Origin: Candidatus Multivoradales bacterium
GTDB taxonomy: Bacteria > Acidobacteriota > Thermoanaerobaculia > Multivoradales > Multivoraceae
Length of the DNA stretch: 64,000 nt
Reading direction: 5' to 3'
Assembly: GCA_965223325.1 (NCBI GenBank)
Contig: CBDCWI010000001.1
Location: forward strand, 1,248,001-1,312,000
A program made the position numbers and the translations under genes. Below the pieces are notes generated by a model that was not told the DNA's origin, did no database searches, and saw nothing but the letters and a program-made list of their open reading frames with translations. Positions 20,463 to 30,771 of this stretch are shown here, one piece after another. Positions within the stretch are counted from its first letter, which is position 1. Every line of letters begins with the position of its first letter.

Positions 20463-20508
20463 TTCTCGCGACCCGACCCCTGTTCTCTCATCTCTGGAGG
20501 TCCTTCTG

Positions 20509-21927
20509 ATGTCTGAGAAGCCGCTGTCGCTTCAGTCCACCCCCGTCCGCCTGCCTGTTTCTTCGGTGGTCGTGTTGACCGCTCTCCTCCTTGCTCCTAC
20601 TGCCTGGGCGGCACCGCCGGTGAGCAGCGGAGCGAGCAACGCTGCCGATGCGACGGCTGCTAAAGATCTTCCCCGCGCCGAGCCCGCCGAGGTCGGTATG
20701 TCGGCGGAGAGATTGGCCCGCATTGGCAAGCACTTCCAGGGATACATCGATCGCGGGGACGCGGCCGGTGCGGCCGGAATGATCGCCCGCCGCGGCAAGA
20801 TCGTGTGGTCGGAAGAATGGGGCCACCGCGACCGCGAGACTGGCGAGCCGATGTTGGAAGACACCATCCATCGCATCTACTCGATGTCGAAGCCGATCAC
20901 CAGCGTCGCTTTGATGACGCTTTATGAAGAGGGCCGGTTTGCCCTCAACGACCCTGTCGAACGCTACCTGCCCGAGCTGGCCGACCTCGAGGTGTGGGAA
21001 GAGATCACCGACCTCGAGACTGGCAAGACGACCGTCAAGAAGGGCCCGGCGGTGCGGAAGCCAACAATCCTCGACCTGATGCGCCATACGGCAGGTTTTT
21101 CCTACGGCTTCTTCGGCGACACCGAGGTCGACAAGGCCTACCGACAGGCCGGCCTGATGTTCACCGACAAGGACATCAAGGAGTCGATCGAGAAGCTCGG
21201 CCAGATGCCGCTGCTCTTCCAGCCCGGCACGCGTTGGCACTACAGCGTCAGCGTCGACGTGCAAGGCCGGCTGGTCGAAGTGATCTCGGGCCAACCCTTC
21301 GATGAGTTCCTCGAGGACCGCCTGTTCAAACCACTCGGCATGAACGACACCAGCTTCATCGTGCCGGCCGCCAAGCTCGATCGTTTCGCGCAGCTCTATG
21401 CGCCGAAGGGCACCGAGTACGGCAACGACGCCTTCTTGCAGCAGACCCAGGGCAAGGAGATCATGCCGGCTCCGGCCGCTTCCTCGCGTGGCTTCCAGGA
21501 GGGCGCAACCCTCTTCTCCGGCGGCGGTGGCCTGGTGTCTACTTCGGCAGACTACTGGCGCTTCTGCCAGATGGTGCTCAATGGCGGCGAGCTCAACGGA
21601 ACGCGCATCTTGTCGCCCAAGACTGTTGAGCTGATGTCACGCAATCACCTCTCCGGCATGGCCGACGTGGGAAGCAACGGCACCGCGAGCGTCTTCGGTC
21701 GTGGCGGCGTGGGCTTCGGACTCGGCTTCTCGGTCATCACCGACATCAACAAGACCGGCGAGATCGGCTCCAACGGCACACTGAGTTGGGGCGGCGCTGC
21801 CGGCACCGGCTTCTTCATCGATCCGGAAGAAGAACTGATCGGTATCTTCATGGTGCAGATCCTGCCCCACCGCACCACCATGCGCCAGGAGTTCGACCAG
21901 TTGGTCTACCAGGCGATCGTCGAATAA
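20509..21927 (+). CDS. Serine hydrolase, beta-lactamase class C-like family
   Basis: RIYSMSKPIT (SxxK), LLFQPGTRWHYS, SGGGGLVST, WGGAAGT; signal peptide. Confidence 0.92.
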   Translation: MSEKPLSLQSTPVRLPVSSVVVLTALLLAPTAWAAPPVSSGASNAADATAAKDLPRAEPAEVGMSAERLARIGKHFQGYIDRGDAAGAAGMIARRGKIVWSEEWGHRDRETGEPMLEDTIHRIYSMSKPITSVALMTLYEEGRFALNDPVERYLPELADLEVWEEITDLETGKTTVKKGPAVRKPTILDLMRHTAGFSYGFFGDTEVDKAYRQAGLMFTDKDIKESIEKLGQMPLLFQPGTRWHYSVSVDVQGRLVEVISGQPFDEFLEDRLFKPLGMNDTSFIVPAAKLDRFAQLYAPKGTEYGNDAFLQQTQGKEIMPAPAASSRGFQEGATLFSGGGGLVSTSADYWRFCQMVLNGGELNGTRILSPKTVELMSRNHLSGMADVGSNGTASVFGRGGVGFGLGFSVITDINKTGEIGSNGTLSWGGAAGTGFFIDPEEELIGIFMVQILPHRTTMRQEFDQLVYQAIVE

Positions 21928-21955
21928 CCAGCAACGCAGTCGAGCGAAGAGCACC

Positions 21956-21990
21956 GGGCCGGTAGCGATCGCTGCCGGCCCTTCTCTTTT
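21956..21990 (+). terminator. Intrinsic terminator
   Basis: GGGCCGGTAGCG/CGCTGCCGGCCC stem followed by TTCTCTTTT. Confidence 0.75.
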
Positions 21991-22022
21991 CGGACCCAAC
22001 TCCTCGGAGCTTCACCAACCCA

Positions 22023-23450
22023 ATGAGCGACAAACACAAGAGCACCGTGCCGATCCTCGAGGTCGGGGCGCCGCACGCCGTCGACCGACGGTCGATCCTG
22101 GCGCTCGCCTGGCCGGTGATTCTGACCAACGTGCTGACGACAGGCGTGCAGTGGGTCGACTTGTTGATGGTGGCGCAGCTGGGTACCGCAACGGTGGCCG
22201 CCGTTGGCCTGGCGGGTTTTCTGACGACGCTGTTCTGGGCGGTTCTGATGGCGCTCCAAACCGGCACGCAGATCCTCGTCGCCCAGGCCTACGGAGCCCG
22301 CGACCGGCGAACCATCGACCACGTCGTGCAACTGGCGCTACTCCTCGGCGGCGGACTGGCGCTCTTGATCAGCTGGGTCGCCGCCCGCGAGGACGGTGCA
22401 CTCCTGCGCTGGGCCTTCCTGGCCTTTGACGTCGAAGAGGCGGTGGCCACCATCGGTACCCAGTACATGCGCATCATCATGATGGTGCTGGCGGCCATGG
22501 TGGTTTCCCTCGTGGCCCAAGCGGCTTTGCGGGCGGTGGGCGACACCCGAACTCCGCTCTGGCTGACCGGCGGCGCCAATCTGCTCAACGTGTTCTGCAA
22601 CTACGTCTTGATCTTCGGCAAGTTCGGCGCGCCGGCGATGGGCGTCGAAGGGGCGGCCTGGGGCACGGTCATCGCTCGCGCGCTCGAAGCGCTCGCCTAC
22701 CTGGCGCTGCTCTATTCGGGTCGGCTCGCCATCTCGCTGCGCGCCCGTCGCTTCGCCTGGGACTGGCCGCGGCTCTTTTCCCTCTTACGCCTGGGCGCGC
22801 CATCCGCCGGCGAGCAGATGGTGGTGATGACGGGGCTCCTGGTCTACCAACGTGTCATCGCGGAGTTCGGTACCGCGGCCCTCGCCGCCTACCAGGTCGG
22901 AGTCATTCTCCTGCAGGCAGCCTTCATGCCCGGCTTCGGCTTCTCGGTCGCCGCAACCACGCTCGTCGGCCAATGGATGGGGGCCGGGCGCACCGAGGTC
23001 GCTCGCGAAGCGGGCAACCGTTGCCTGCGACTGGCGGTTCTCTTGATGTCGGTGATGGGTGTTTTGTTCTTCATCTTCGCCGAGGCCTTTGCCCGCCGCG
23101 TCCTCGACGACGATGCCGTCGTGCCCATCGCGGTCGGCTTCATTCGCGTGCTGGCGCTTGCCCAGCCCTTCATGGCAGTGCACTTCGCACTCACCGGCGC
23201 GCTGCGCGGGGCGGGCGACGTGCGTTCGCCGCTCCTGGCGGCGATCTTTGCGATGTATCTCGGCCGGCTGCCGATCTCGGTCCTCGCCGCCTTCGTCTTC
23301 GGCGGCTCGATCACCTACGCTTTCATCGGCATGTGGCTGGGGCACTTCATTCGCTCTGGCATTCTCAGCCTGCGCTGGCGCGGCGGGCGCTGGAAGGAGA
23401 CCGTGGTCTTGCCGAGTGAACCTCTCCACCAGGAGGTGTCTACGAGCTGA
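22023..23450 (+). CDS. MATE family efflux transporter
   Basis: LAWPVIL, LRAVGDTRTPL, FGKFGAPAMGVEGAAWGT, LRGAGD; about 12 TM. Confidence 0.92.
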   Translation: MSDKHKSTVPILEVGAPHAVDRRSILALAWPVILTNVLTTGVQWVDLLMVAQLGTATVAAVGLAGFLTTLFWAVLMALQTGTQILVAQAYGARDRRTIDHVVQLALLLGGGLALLISWVAAREDGALLRWAFLAFDVEEAVATIGTQYMRIIMMVLAAMVVSLVAQAALRAVGDTRTPLWLTGGANLLNVFCNYVLIFGKFGAPAMGVEGAAWGTVIARALEALAYLALLYSGRLAISLRARRFAWDWPRLFSLLRLGAPSAGEQMVVMTGLLVYQRVIAEFGTAALAAYQVGVILLQAAFMPGFGFSVAATTLVGQWMGAGRTEVAREAGNRCLRLAVLLMSVMGVLFFIFAEAFARRVLDDDAVVPIAVGFIRVLALAQPFMAVHFALTGALRGAGDVRSPLLAAIFAMYLGRLPISVLAAFVFGGSITYAFIGMWLGHFIRSGILSLRWRGGRWKETVVLPSEPLHQEVSTS

Positions 23451-23497
23451 GGCGACCTCGGCCACTCGGTATGATCACGGCCCCTCCAGGAGAACCC

Positions 23498-24070
23498 ATG
23501 CGAATCGACCGACCGCGCGTCTCGCCACTCGCCGACGGCGAAGGCACACCCGCTCAACGCGAGTTGCTGGAAAAGGCAGCCCTCGACGGCCAGGTGCTCA
23601 ACATCTTCCGCACCATGGCACACCACCCCGATCTCTTCCGCCGATGGCTGGTCTTCGCCGGTCACGTCCTGTCGAAGAGCACTCTGCCGGCGCGCCAACG
23701 TGAGCTCGTCATCTTGAGAGTCGGCTGGCTTTGCCGCTCAGGCTACGAGTGGGGTCAGCATGTGGTCATCGGCAAGAAGGCGGGCCTCGAAGAAGGGGAG
23801 CTCGCACGCATCGCCCACGGGCCCGAAGCTTCAGGTTGGAACCGGGAAGATCGCGCGCTTCTGCGCGCCACGGACGAGCTGCACCGAGACGCACACATCT
23901 CCGACAGCGTGTGGGATGAGCTCGACTTTCTCGATGTGCAACAGAAGATGGACCTGGTCTTCGCCGTCGGCCAGTACAACCTCGTGTCGATGGCACTCAA
24001 CACGCTCGGCGTGCAGCTCGACGAAGGCGTTCCAACCTGGCAGGACTGCCCCGGTTTCGAGCCCTCCTGA
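23498..24070 (+). CDS. Carboxymuconolactone decarboxylase/AhpD-like family protein
   Basis: LNIFRTMAHHP, RELVILRVG, YEWGQH; GGAG RBS before ATG 23498 and TATGAT -10-like upstream. Confidence 0.88.
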   Translation: MRIDRPRVSPLADGEGTPAQRELLEKAALDGQVLNIFRTMAHHPDLFRRWLVFAGHVLSKSTLPARQRELVILRVGWLCRSGYEWGQHVVIGKKAGLEEGELARIAHGPEASGWNREDRALLRATDELHRDAHISDSVWDELDFLDVQQKMDLVFAVGQYNLVSMALNTLGVQLDEGVPTWQDCPGFEPS

Positions 24071-24105
24071 GCACTCTTTCGAACTTCGCAGTCCGAGCAC
24101 CTCCC

Positions 24106-25314
24106 ATGCGCCTCGATCCTCACCGTCCGCCTCTGCCTGACTCTTCACCGGTACGTCTGGACCGTGCCTACGAAGTCGATGAACTGCCGACCCCGGCCCT
24201 GGTGCTCGACCTCGAGGCCGTCGAGCGCAACATCACGCGCATGGCGACCCACGCCGAGACCTGCCGCATTGGCCTCCGGCCGCACACCAAGACCCACAAG
24301 TGCCCGATGCTCGCGCACCGCCAGATGGCCGCCGGGGCGCTCGGCGTGTGCTGCGCCAAGATCTCAGAAGCCGAGGTGATGCTGCACGCCGGCATCGAGC
24401 ACGTCCTGGTCACCTCACCGGTCTTCGGGTACGACAAAGTGACGCGAGTCGTCGAAGCGGCGCGAGTTTCGAGTGGCCGGTTGGCAATCGTCGTCGACTG
24501 CATCGAGGGTGCCCGACAGCTCGACGAGGTGGCCTCGAGCGCCGGCGTCGTGGTCACGGTCTTGATCGACTGCGACCCCGGCCTGCACCGCACCGGGGTT
24601 CCCCTCGGTGACGCCTGCGTAGCACTGGCGGAGGAGATCGATCGCTACCGGGCACTGGAACTCATGGGCCTACAGTGTTACGCCGGGCATCTCATGCACC
24701 TCGACAACTGGCAGGAGCGCTCCGAGAAATCCACCGCGATTCTCCAAGAGGTCCACGAGACGCGCCAGCGGATCGAAAAGGGCGGCATCAGCCTGCCAAC
24801 GCTCACCGGCGGCGGAACGGGCACCTTCGATATCGACTGCCGCGACCACGACTTCACTGACCTACAAGTCGGCTCGTACCTCTTGATGGATGCTGAGTAC
24901 GGTGCGATTCCCGATCGTGACGGCTACCCCCTCAACCAGGTCTTCGAGACCGGTCTCTTCGTTCTCACCACCGCCATCAGTCAGTCGGTGCCGCACCTGA
25001 TCACCATCGACGCCGGCTTCAAGGCCATTTCGCCCGACTCGGTGCCTCCCGAACTGCTCGCTGTCGAGAACTCGGGCACCGCGGGCCGGGAGAGCGTCAA
25101 GTATCACTTCGCCGGCGATGAACACGGCATGGTGCAACTGCTCGATCCGGACGGCTCTGGCGGCTCCGGCCAGCAAATCGCGCTGGGCGACAAGCTGCGC
25201 TGGCGGGTTTCGCACTGCGATCCAACGGTCAACCTCTACGACCACGTCTGGGTGCTCGCCGGCGGAAAAGTCGAGGAGATCTGGCCGATTGCGGCGCGCG
25301 GCCGAAGCCAATAG
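24106..25314 (+). CDS. DSD1 family PLP-dependent enzyme (D-threonine aldolase/D-serine dehydratase-like)
   Basis: TPALVLD, LRPHTKTHKC, GGGTGT, LQVGSY, DAGFKA, DEHG, SHCDPTVNLYD. Confidence 0.9.
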   Translation: MRLDPHRPPLPDSSPVRLDRAYEVDELPTPALVLDLEAVERNITRMATHAETCRIGLRPHTKTHKCPMLAHRQMAAGALGVCCAKISEAEVMLHAGIEHVLVTSPVFGYDKVTRVVEAARVSSGRLAIVVDCIEGARQLDEVASSAGVVVTVLIDCDPGLHRTGVPLGDACVALAEEIDRYRALELMGLQCYAGHLMHLDNWQERSEKSTAILQEVHETRQRIEKGGISLPTLTGGGTGTFDIDCRDHDFTDLQVGSYLLMDAEYGAIPDRDGYPLNQVFETGLFVLTTAISQSVPHLITIDAGFKAISPDSVPPELLAVENSGTAGRESVKYHFAGDEHGMVQLLDPDGSGGSGQQIALGDKLRWRVSHCDPTVNLYDHVWVLAGGKVEEIWPIAARGRSQ

Positions 25315-25371
25315 ACGCGACCTGGGACCCCGACAAGAGATAGCCTCCGACTCTCACCACGAAGGGATCCC

Positions 25372-26076
25372 ATGGAACTGACACCTGATCTGATCGCCTC
25401 GGCCGTCGCATGGTTTGCGGTCTTCGTCTTCTCGACCACCCTGCATGAGGCAGCCCACGCCTGGGCGGCGCTCCGGCTCGGCGACGAGACGGCCTACGCC
25501 GGCGGCCAGGTCTCGCTCAACCCTGCGCCGCACATCGCGCGCGAGCCGTTCGGAATGGTGCTCGTTCCGCTGGTCTCATTCTTCCTACAGAACGGCCAAT
25601 GGATGATCGGCTGGGCAAGTGCACCCTACGACCCGCAGTGGGCCCAGCGCTACCCCAAGCGCAGCGCACTGATGGCACTCGCCGGTCCGGTTGCCAACCT
25701 GCTGCTCGTTCTGGCTTCAGGCGTTGCCCTCAAACTCGGTTTGATGACCGGCTTCTTTGTCGTCCCGCAGGAGTTCGAAGGGCTCTCGAACCTGGCTGCG
25801 GGGAGCGACGCTCCTCTCTCTGAAGGCCTGGCGATGATCTTCGGTATCGCGTTTCTGCTCAACCTGGTCCTGTTTCTCTTCAACCTGCTACCGCTGCCGC
25901 CGATGGACGGGAGCGCCGTGATTCAGTACTTCATGCCTGAAGACACGGCCCGCAAGTTCCAGGTCTTCTTGTACCAACCCATGTGGGCGTTGGTGGGCCT
26001 CCTGGCGGCGTGGCGGTTTTTCCCGGTGGTCTTCGGGCCCGTGTATCAGTTCGCCGTGCGCCTTCTGTGGTCGTAG
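25372..26076 (+). CDS. Site-2 protease (M50) family protein
   Basis: HEAAH, AGPVAN, FNLLPLPPMDG. Confidence 0.92.
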   Translation: MELTPDLIASAVAWFAVFVFSTTLHEAAHAWAALRLGDETAYAGGQVSLNPAPHIAREPFGMVLVPLVSFFLQNGQWMIGWASAPYDPQWAQRYPKRSALMALAGPVANLLLVLASGVALKLGLMTGFFVVPQEFEGLSNLAAGSDAPLSEGLAMIFGIAFLLNLVLFLFNLLPLPPMDGSAVIQYFMPEDTARKFQVFLYQPMWALVGLLAAWRFFPVVFGPVYQFAVRLLWS

Positions 26077-26094
26077 AGCTATGCCCCTCCTCTC

Positions 26095-27081
26095 TCAAAT
26101 GTCTGGTAGAGCCATCACCCCGAGGAACCCGCGGATCACGACAAGGGCCACCACCAGAGCCACCAGCAGGTAGACAACCACCGGCACGACAACAGCCACC
26201 TGATTGGCGCGTTGGTCGCCACGTTCTTCGAGCACCGCCGCTGCGGCGGCAACCGAAGTCTCGAGAGTCCCTCCCGCCTCCCCCAGGCGAACCGCATCTG
26301 CCAACTCGCGTGGGATCGCAGGTTCCGCGCCATGAGCCGCGCCGAGATCGGCGCCCGCAGCGACACGCCCAGCGACTCGTTCCCCAGCTTCGCGAAGCGG
26401 CGTCCATCCCGTCGCCTCAGTGGCCAGACGGAGGCTTCGCGACAGAGCGAGCCCGGCGCCTAGCGCCATCGACATCGCAAAGCCATAGTCAGACGCCGCG
26501 CGTAGCCGCACAGCCGTTCCGGCCATCGGCACCACCGCCGCCAGGTCGGTGAGCCGGCGGCGGCCTGGTTCGGTAGCAGCGACTCGCGAGACCAGGACTG
26601 CGGTGCCCAACGTGACCCCCCACAGCAGTGCCAGCTTCGGAATCACAAACGCCATGAACGGCCCTACCCCTTGCACGACCAGAGGTGCTCCCACCGCCAG
26701 GATCGCGGCGTTCAGGAGCAGCCACGGATAGGCAAGGCTGAAGAGCATTCGGCGCCGCCGAGACGCCTTCTTCTCGAGGCGTGCCGCCTGCCGTTCGAGC
26801 ATCTGAGGCAACGTTCCGGACTCTTCTCCTGCTTCCAGGAGCAGCGCCTCGTCTTGGGGAATCTCTCGTTGCTGCTGCGCGCCCTGGAGCGCTTTGGCAA
26901 CCGATTGGCCACGATCGAGGTCCGCCGCCACTTGCTCGAATACCTGCCCCAGCTGCCCGGCCCGCGGCGCCACGAGACGCAGCGCTCCAGAAAGCGGCAG
27001 ACCCGCATCGATCGCGCGCCCCAACGCGGAATAGGTCTCCGCCCGCTCCGCGGTCTTGCCGACCCCAAGGAACCCGGCCAC
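26095..27081 (-). CDS. Type II secretion system F / PilC family platform protein
   Basis: Two GspF repeats (AGLPL..AL, AGEESGTL, LAYP; LGEAGGTL). Confidence 0.82.
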   Translation of the reverse strand: MAGFLGVGKTAERAETYSALGRAIDAGLPLSGALRLVAPRAGQLGQVFEQVAADLDRGQSVAKALQGAQQQREIPQDEALLLEAGEESGTLPQMLERQAARLEKKASRRRRMLFSLAYPWLLLNAAILAVGAPLVVQGVGPFMAFVIPKLALLWGVTLGTAVLVSRVAATEPGRRRLTDLAAVVPMAGTAVRLRAASDYGFAMSMALGAGLALSRSLRLATEATGWTPLREAGERVAGRVAAGADLGAAHGAEPAIPRELADAVRLGEAGGTLETSVAAAAAVLEERGDQRANQVAVVVPVVVYLLVALVVALVVIRGFLGVMALPDI

Positions 27082-27128
27082 TGCCTATGCCGCCCGACCT
27101 GGACTCGCGAAGCGGCCACGAGAGCGAC

Positions 27129-27869
27129 TCATGCGCTTTTGCTCGCGATTCGCGCCCGCGCTTTGTCGACACTTCGCAGTGCCTCGCGACGCGACAAAGC
27201 GCTCAGGCGCCCTTCATTGGCAGCGACGTAGCGCACGACCTCTTCGGGATCCGTCCAGCCGTAGTGACGCAGCGCCCAGCCGATCGCCTTGCGAATGAAG
27301 AACTCACGACTGGCGAGATTCGGTTCGATCGTGCGGTAGAGAAGCGAAAGGTCTGTGTCTCCTCTACGGGTCAGCTGGCAGATGATCGCCGAACGGCGCT
27401 TCCACATCGCACCGGTTTCGCCCAGCCTGGTGCGACTCCACGCCAGCATGATCTTCGTCATCCGGCGTGGAAACTTCTCGAGCAATCTGCCGAGGCGATG
27501 GCTGGCAATCGGATCGACCAGATCCCACCAGGCGCCGGTCGTGATCATCTCCTCATACATCGCTAGAAGCTCGAGCGTTTGATAATCGTCGTAGGCCTTC
27601 GCTTCACAGAGCTCGATCGCCGCGTAGCGCTCCTCACGAAACCGCGCTCGACGCCACAGCGCCAGGACCGTGTCGCGGAGGTCATCAGCACTGGTAAAAG
27701 GGTGTTTTGCAATCAGCGGTTTCAAAAGCCGCCGCAACTCAGGCATGCGCACGCCGTGGTACGGCATCGCGGATTTCATGTAGGCCTGTTGGCCCCTCCC
27801 GCGCACCGGATCGGCGGCCGCCTCGAGCTCGCGTTGAAGCCGACGGATGAGGCCTCGACGGACAGTCAA
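27129..27869 (-). CDS. DNA alkylation repair protein (AlkD-like HEAT-repeat family)
   Basis: YMKS.MPYHGV, WWDLVD, W.RRSAI, EFFIRKAIGWALR, LS.REAL; start estimated at TTG 27869. Confidence 0.88.
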   Translation of the reverse strand: MTVRRGLIRRLQRELEAAADPVRGRGQQAYMKSAMPYHGVRMPELRRLLKPLIAKHPFTSADDLRDTVLALWRRARFREERYAAIELCEAKAYDDYQTLELLAMYEEMITTGAWWDLVDPIASHRLGRLLEKFPRRMTKIMLAWSRTRLGETGAMWKRRSAIICQLTRRGDTDLSLLYRTIEPNLASREFFIRKAIGWALRHYGWTDPEEVVRYVAANEGRLSALSRREALRSVDKARARIASKSA

Positions 27870-27882
27870 GAGTCGCTCTCCC

Positions 27883-29553
27883 CTACTTCCCGTGTAGAGC
27901 CTTCCAGGCCTCCTCGAACTCATTGCCCGGAACCCAGGTCGGCATTTCCGACGCATTGGCGACGCGCGAGGCGGCGACAAACAACAAGCGCATGTCGCGC
28001 TCGGCACCCGCGAGGTTCCACTCTTCGCGGACTTCGTCTGACGGCTGGTGATAGTGCGCTTCGCGATAGGCACTCGGGTCGAAGGCGAGGGGCGGATCGA
28101 AGTCGCTCCCGGGAAGTACAAAGAGGGCAGGTATACCGGCCTTTGCGAAGTTGACCTGGTCGGAACGGTAGAAGCTACCTGCCCGCGGCCTTGGGTCGCC
28201 GGTGATGACGACGCCCTGTTCGGACGCGACTTCGTGCAGGGTCTTGCCGAGCGTGTTGGTGTCGTCGCCAATGGCCGCGAGGTCTCGGGTTGGCCCAAAG
28301 ATCTGCGGCATGTCGACGTTGAAGTTGGCCACCAGGCGGCGCTGTTCGAACGGCGGTCTGGCCACAAACCACTTGCTGCCCAGTGACCCCTTTTCCTCGG
28401 CAGCACACGCCAGGAAGAGAATCGATCGCCGCGGACGCGGTTCCGACGCGGCAAAGGCCCGTGCCAGTTGAATGATCGAGGCGGTGCCGGCTGCGTTGTC
28501 CCAGGCGCCGTTCCAGACCTGATCGCCCTCGAGGTCGGGATTGGTTCCGAGGTGATCGTAGTGAGCCGAGAACACGATGACCTGCTCCTCGAGTTCCGGG
28601 TCAGACCCAACGAGCAGCCCGACGACGTTGGCAGTCGGCGAACGACGCACCGCGGTCTCGATGTGCGCGTCGACGGTGAAGCCCGTATCGACCGGCGCAA
28701 AGTCGCGATTGGCTGCCATCGCAAACAGGCCATCGACGTCGGTGCCCATCGCCTCAGCCACGATGCCCGAGGTCTCGACATCGAGCCACCCCAACAGGTC
28801 GACTTTGTAGCCGGTGCCTTCGAGGTCGAGCGCGAAGTGCTCTTCGCGGCCATTGAACTGCACGACGCTCCACGGGTAGCTGGCCGATGGCGTGGTGTGA
28901 ATCACGATCGCGCCGGCTGCTCCCATGCGCATGGCCTGTTCGTACTTGTAGGTCCAGCGACCGTAGTAGGTGCGCGCTTCGCCGCCGAACAGCTCCACTC
29001 CATCCTCGATGATCGGAGGATCATCGTTGAGAAAGAGCAAGACCTTGCCGGTCATGTCCTGCTCCTTGTAGTCGTCCCAGCCGTACTCGGGCGCCGAGAC
29101 ACCATAGCCAACGAAGACCAGGGGGGCATCTGCGACGTCGACCGACGGCTTCTGCGTAGACGACCAGTACGACACGTTCTCAGTCGGTCGCAGGTCGAGC
29201 GCTCCGGCGGGACCCGTGATGGCGAGCGTCGAGCGCTCGGCGACCTTCTGGGTGCCGACGAGTTCGAACTCCTGCCGGTAGGAACCGTTGAGCGGCACGA
29301 GCCCCACCTCCTTGAACCGACTCTCGATGTGGGCGGCCGCCATCGCCTCACCTTCGGTGCCAGTGCCACGACCGCCCATCGCATCGTCGGAGAGGACGAG
29401 TACGTCGGCGAGAATGCCGGCGGCGTCGATCGACGCCGCTGCCGCTGTGTCGGTTGCCGGTGGCGTGTCAGGCGAAGCGGGTGCTGGTTCCGAACGGTCG
29501 CAACCGACTGCCAGCATGGCAGCGACAAAGGCGAGTGGGAACAGTTTCTTCAT
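27883..29553 (-). CDS. M28 family peptidase with PA domain, lipoprotein
   Basis: Lipobox LAVGC; GRGTGT, AHYDHLG, NGAWDNAAG, AEEKG.LGS, RSDQ, YHQPSD. Confidence 0.92.
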   Translation of the reverse strand: MKKLFPLAFVAAMLAVGCDRSEPAPASPDTPPATDTAAAASIDAAGILADVLVLSDDAMGGRGTGTEGEAMAAAHIESRFKEVGLVPLNGSYRQEFELVGTQKVAERSTLAITGPAGALDLRPTENVSYWSSTQKPSVDVADAPLVFVGYGVSAPEYGWDDYKEQDMTGKVLLFLNDDPPIIEDGVELFGGEARTYYGRWTYKYEQAMRMGAAGAIVIHTTPSASYPWSVVQFNGREEHFALDLEGTGYKVDLLGWLDVETSGIVAEAMGTDVDGLFAMAANRDFAPVDTGFTVDAHIETAVRRSPTANVVGLLVGSDPELEEQVIVFSAHYDHLGTNPDLEGDQVWNGAWDNAAGTASIIQLARAFAASEPRPRRSILFLACAAEEKGSLGSKWFVARPPFEQRRLVANFNVDMPQIFGPTRDLAAIGDDTNTLGKTLHEVASEQGVVITGDPRPRAGSFYRSDQVNFAKAGIPALFVLPGSDFDPPLAFDPSAYREAHYHQPSDEVREEWNLAGAERDMRLLFVAASRVANASEMPTWVPGNEFEEAWKALHGK

Positions 29554-29644
29554 GAGAGCCTCTCGGCCGAAGCCAAAGCGGAATGGAAGGGTCTGGATTG
29601 GAACGTGCTGAGTGATCGGGGCTCGCACGGGGGCTACTCCGGGG

Positions 29645-30712
29645 CTATCGCGGGGTCCAGTCGTCGTCAGAGGTCAACGACTCCGCGAAGGCTGCCAAGA
29701 GGTCTGCGGCCCGTTCGATGTCGGCGAGCGAAATCGTCTCTACCGCACTATGCATGTAACGGTTTGGAATCGACACCAGTCCAGTGGCAATGCCGGCCCG
29801 GGTGACTTGGACGGTGTTGGCATCGTTGGGCGTCGCGCGACCAATAGCCGCCAGCTGGTAGTCCATCTTCGCCGATTCCGCCAATTCGATCAGCCGCTCG
29901 GTCACCACCGGGTTCATATTGGGACCGCGATAGATCACCGGCCCACCGCCGAGTGAGATCTCGCCCTCCTGCTTCTTGGAGATCGTCGGGCAGTCTGTGG
30001 CGTGGGTGACATCGACCGCGATCGCAACCTGCGGGTCGACTCCGTAGGCGCTGGTGCGCGCGCCGCGCAGACCGATCTCTTCCTGCACCGTGGAAACCGC
30101 ATGAACCCCAGCCGTCGCCTTCGTTGCCCGGCGCAGGGCCTCGGTGACCACCCAGAGCCCTGTTGTGTTGTCCATCTTCGGCGCCGTCGCCAGACCGTTC
30201 TTGAGTTCCTGAAAGCCGAGGACGAACGTCACCGGATCACCAATGCGAACCAGCTTCGCGGCCTCCTTCTTGTTCTTGGCGCCAATGTCGAGCCACAGTT
30301 CCTTCTGATCGACGACCTTGCGGCGCTCGCTCTCGCTCAACAGATGAATCGGCTTACGCGCGATGACCGCCGGCAGCGGCCCCTCTTTGGTCCAGATCGT
30401 CATGCGTTGCCCGACGAGGTTCTGCGGGTCCCACCCACCGATCGTCTGCGTGTAGAGATAACCCTGCTTGTCGATGTAGGAGACCAGAAGACCGATCTGG
30501 TCGCAGTGGCCGGCGAACATCAGCCGGTTGGGCGCCTCGGGGTTGCGCGACATCACGACGTTGCCGTGGGTGTCGGTGCGGACTGAGTCGGCGAAGCCAC
30601 CAGCGTAGTCTCGAACGATCGCCTGAACCGGCTGTTCGTAGCCGGAAGGGCTGGGGGTTTCGAGCAGTTTCTTGAGAAAATCGAGCGGGGCCTTCTTGAT
30701 GGGCGTCTTCAT
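29645..30712 (-). CDS. M42 family metallo-aminopeptidase (TET-like)
   Basis: SPSGYE, GHCDQIG, DN, QEEIGLRGA, VDVTHA, RYMHS. Confidence 0.93.
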   Translation of the reverse strand: MKTPIKKAPLDFLKKLLETPSPSGYEQPVQAIVRDYAGGFADSVRTDTHGNVVMSRNPEAPNRLMFAGHCDQIGLLVSYIDKQGYLYTQTIGGWDPQNLVGQRMTIWTKEGPLPAVIARKPIHLLSESERRKVVDQKELWLDIGAKNKKEAAKLVRIGDPVTFVLGFQELKNGLATAPKMDNTTGLWVVTEALRRATKATAGVHAVSTVQEEIGLRGARTSAYGVDPQVAIAVDVTHATDCPTISKKQEGEISLGGGPVIYRGPNMNPVVTERLIELAESAKMDYQLAAIGRATPNDANTVQVTRAGIATGLVSIPNRYMHSAVETISLADIERAADLLAAFAESLTSDDDWTPR

Positions 30713-30771
30713 GGTCGAGAGTCCATCACCCTAGGAGCCCGGCGTGCAAGTCTCGTGTGGCTGAGCGCGGC

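Noticed and set aside
27870-28853. 574-aa ORF suggesting an AlkD fusion
   Set aside because: The N-terminal part is an off-frame overlap with the M28 peptidase gene; AlkD similarity begins near 27869
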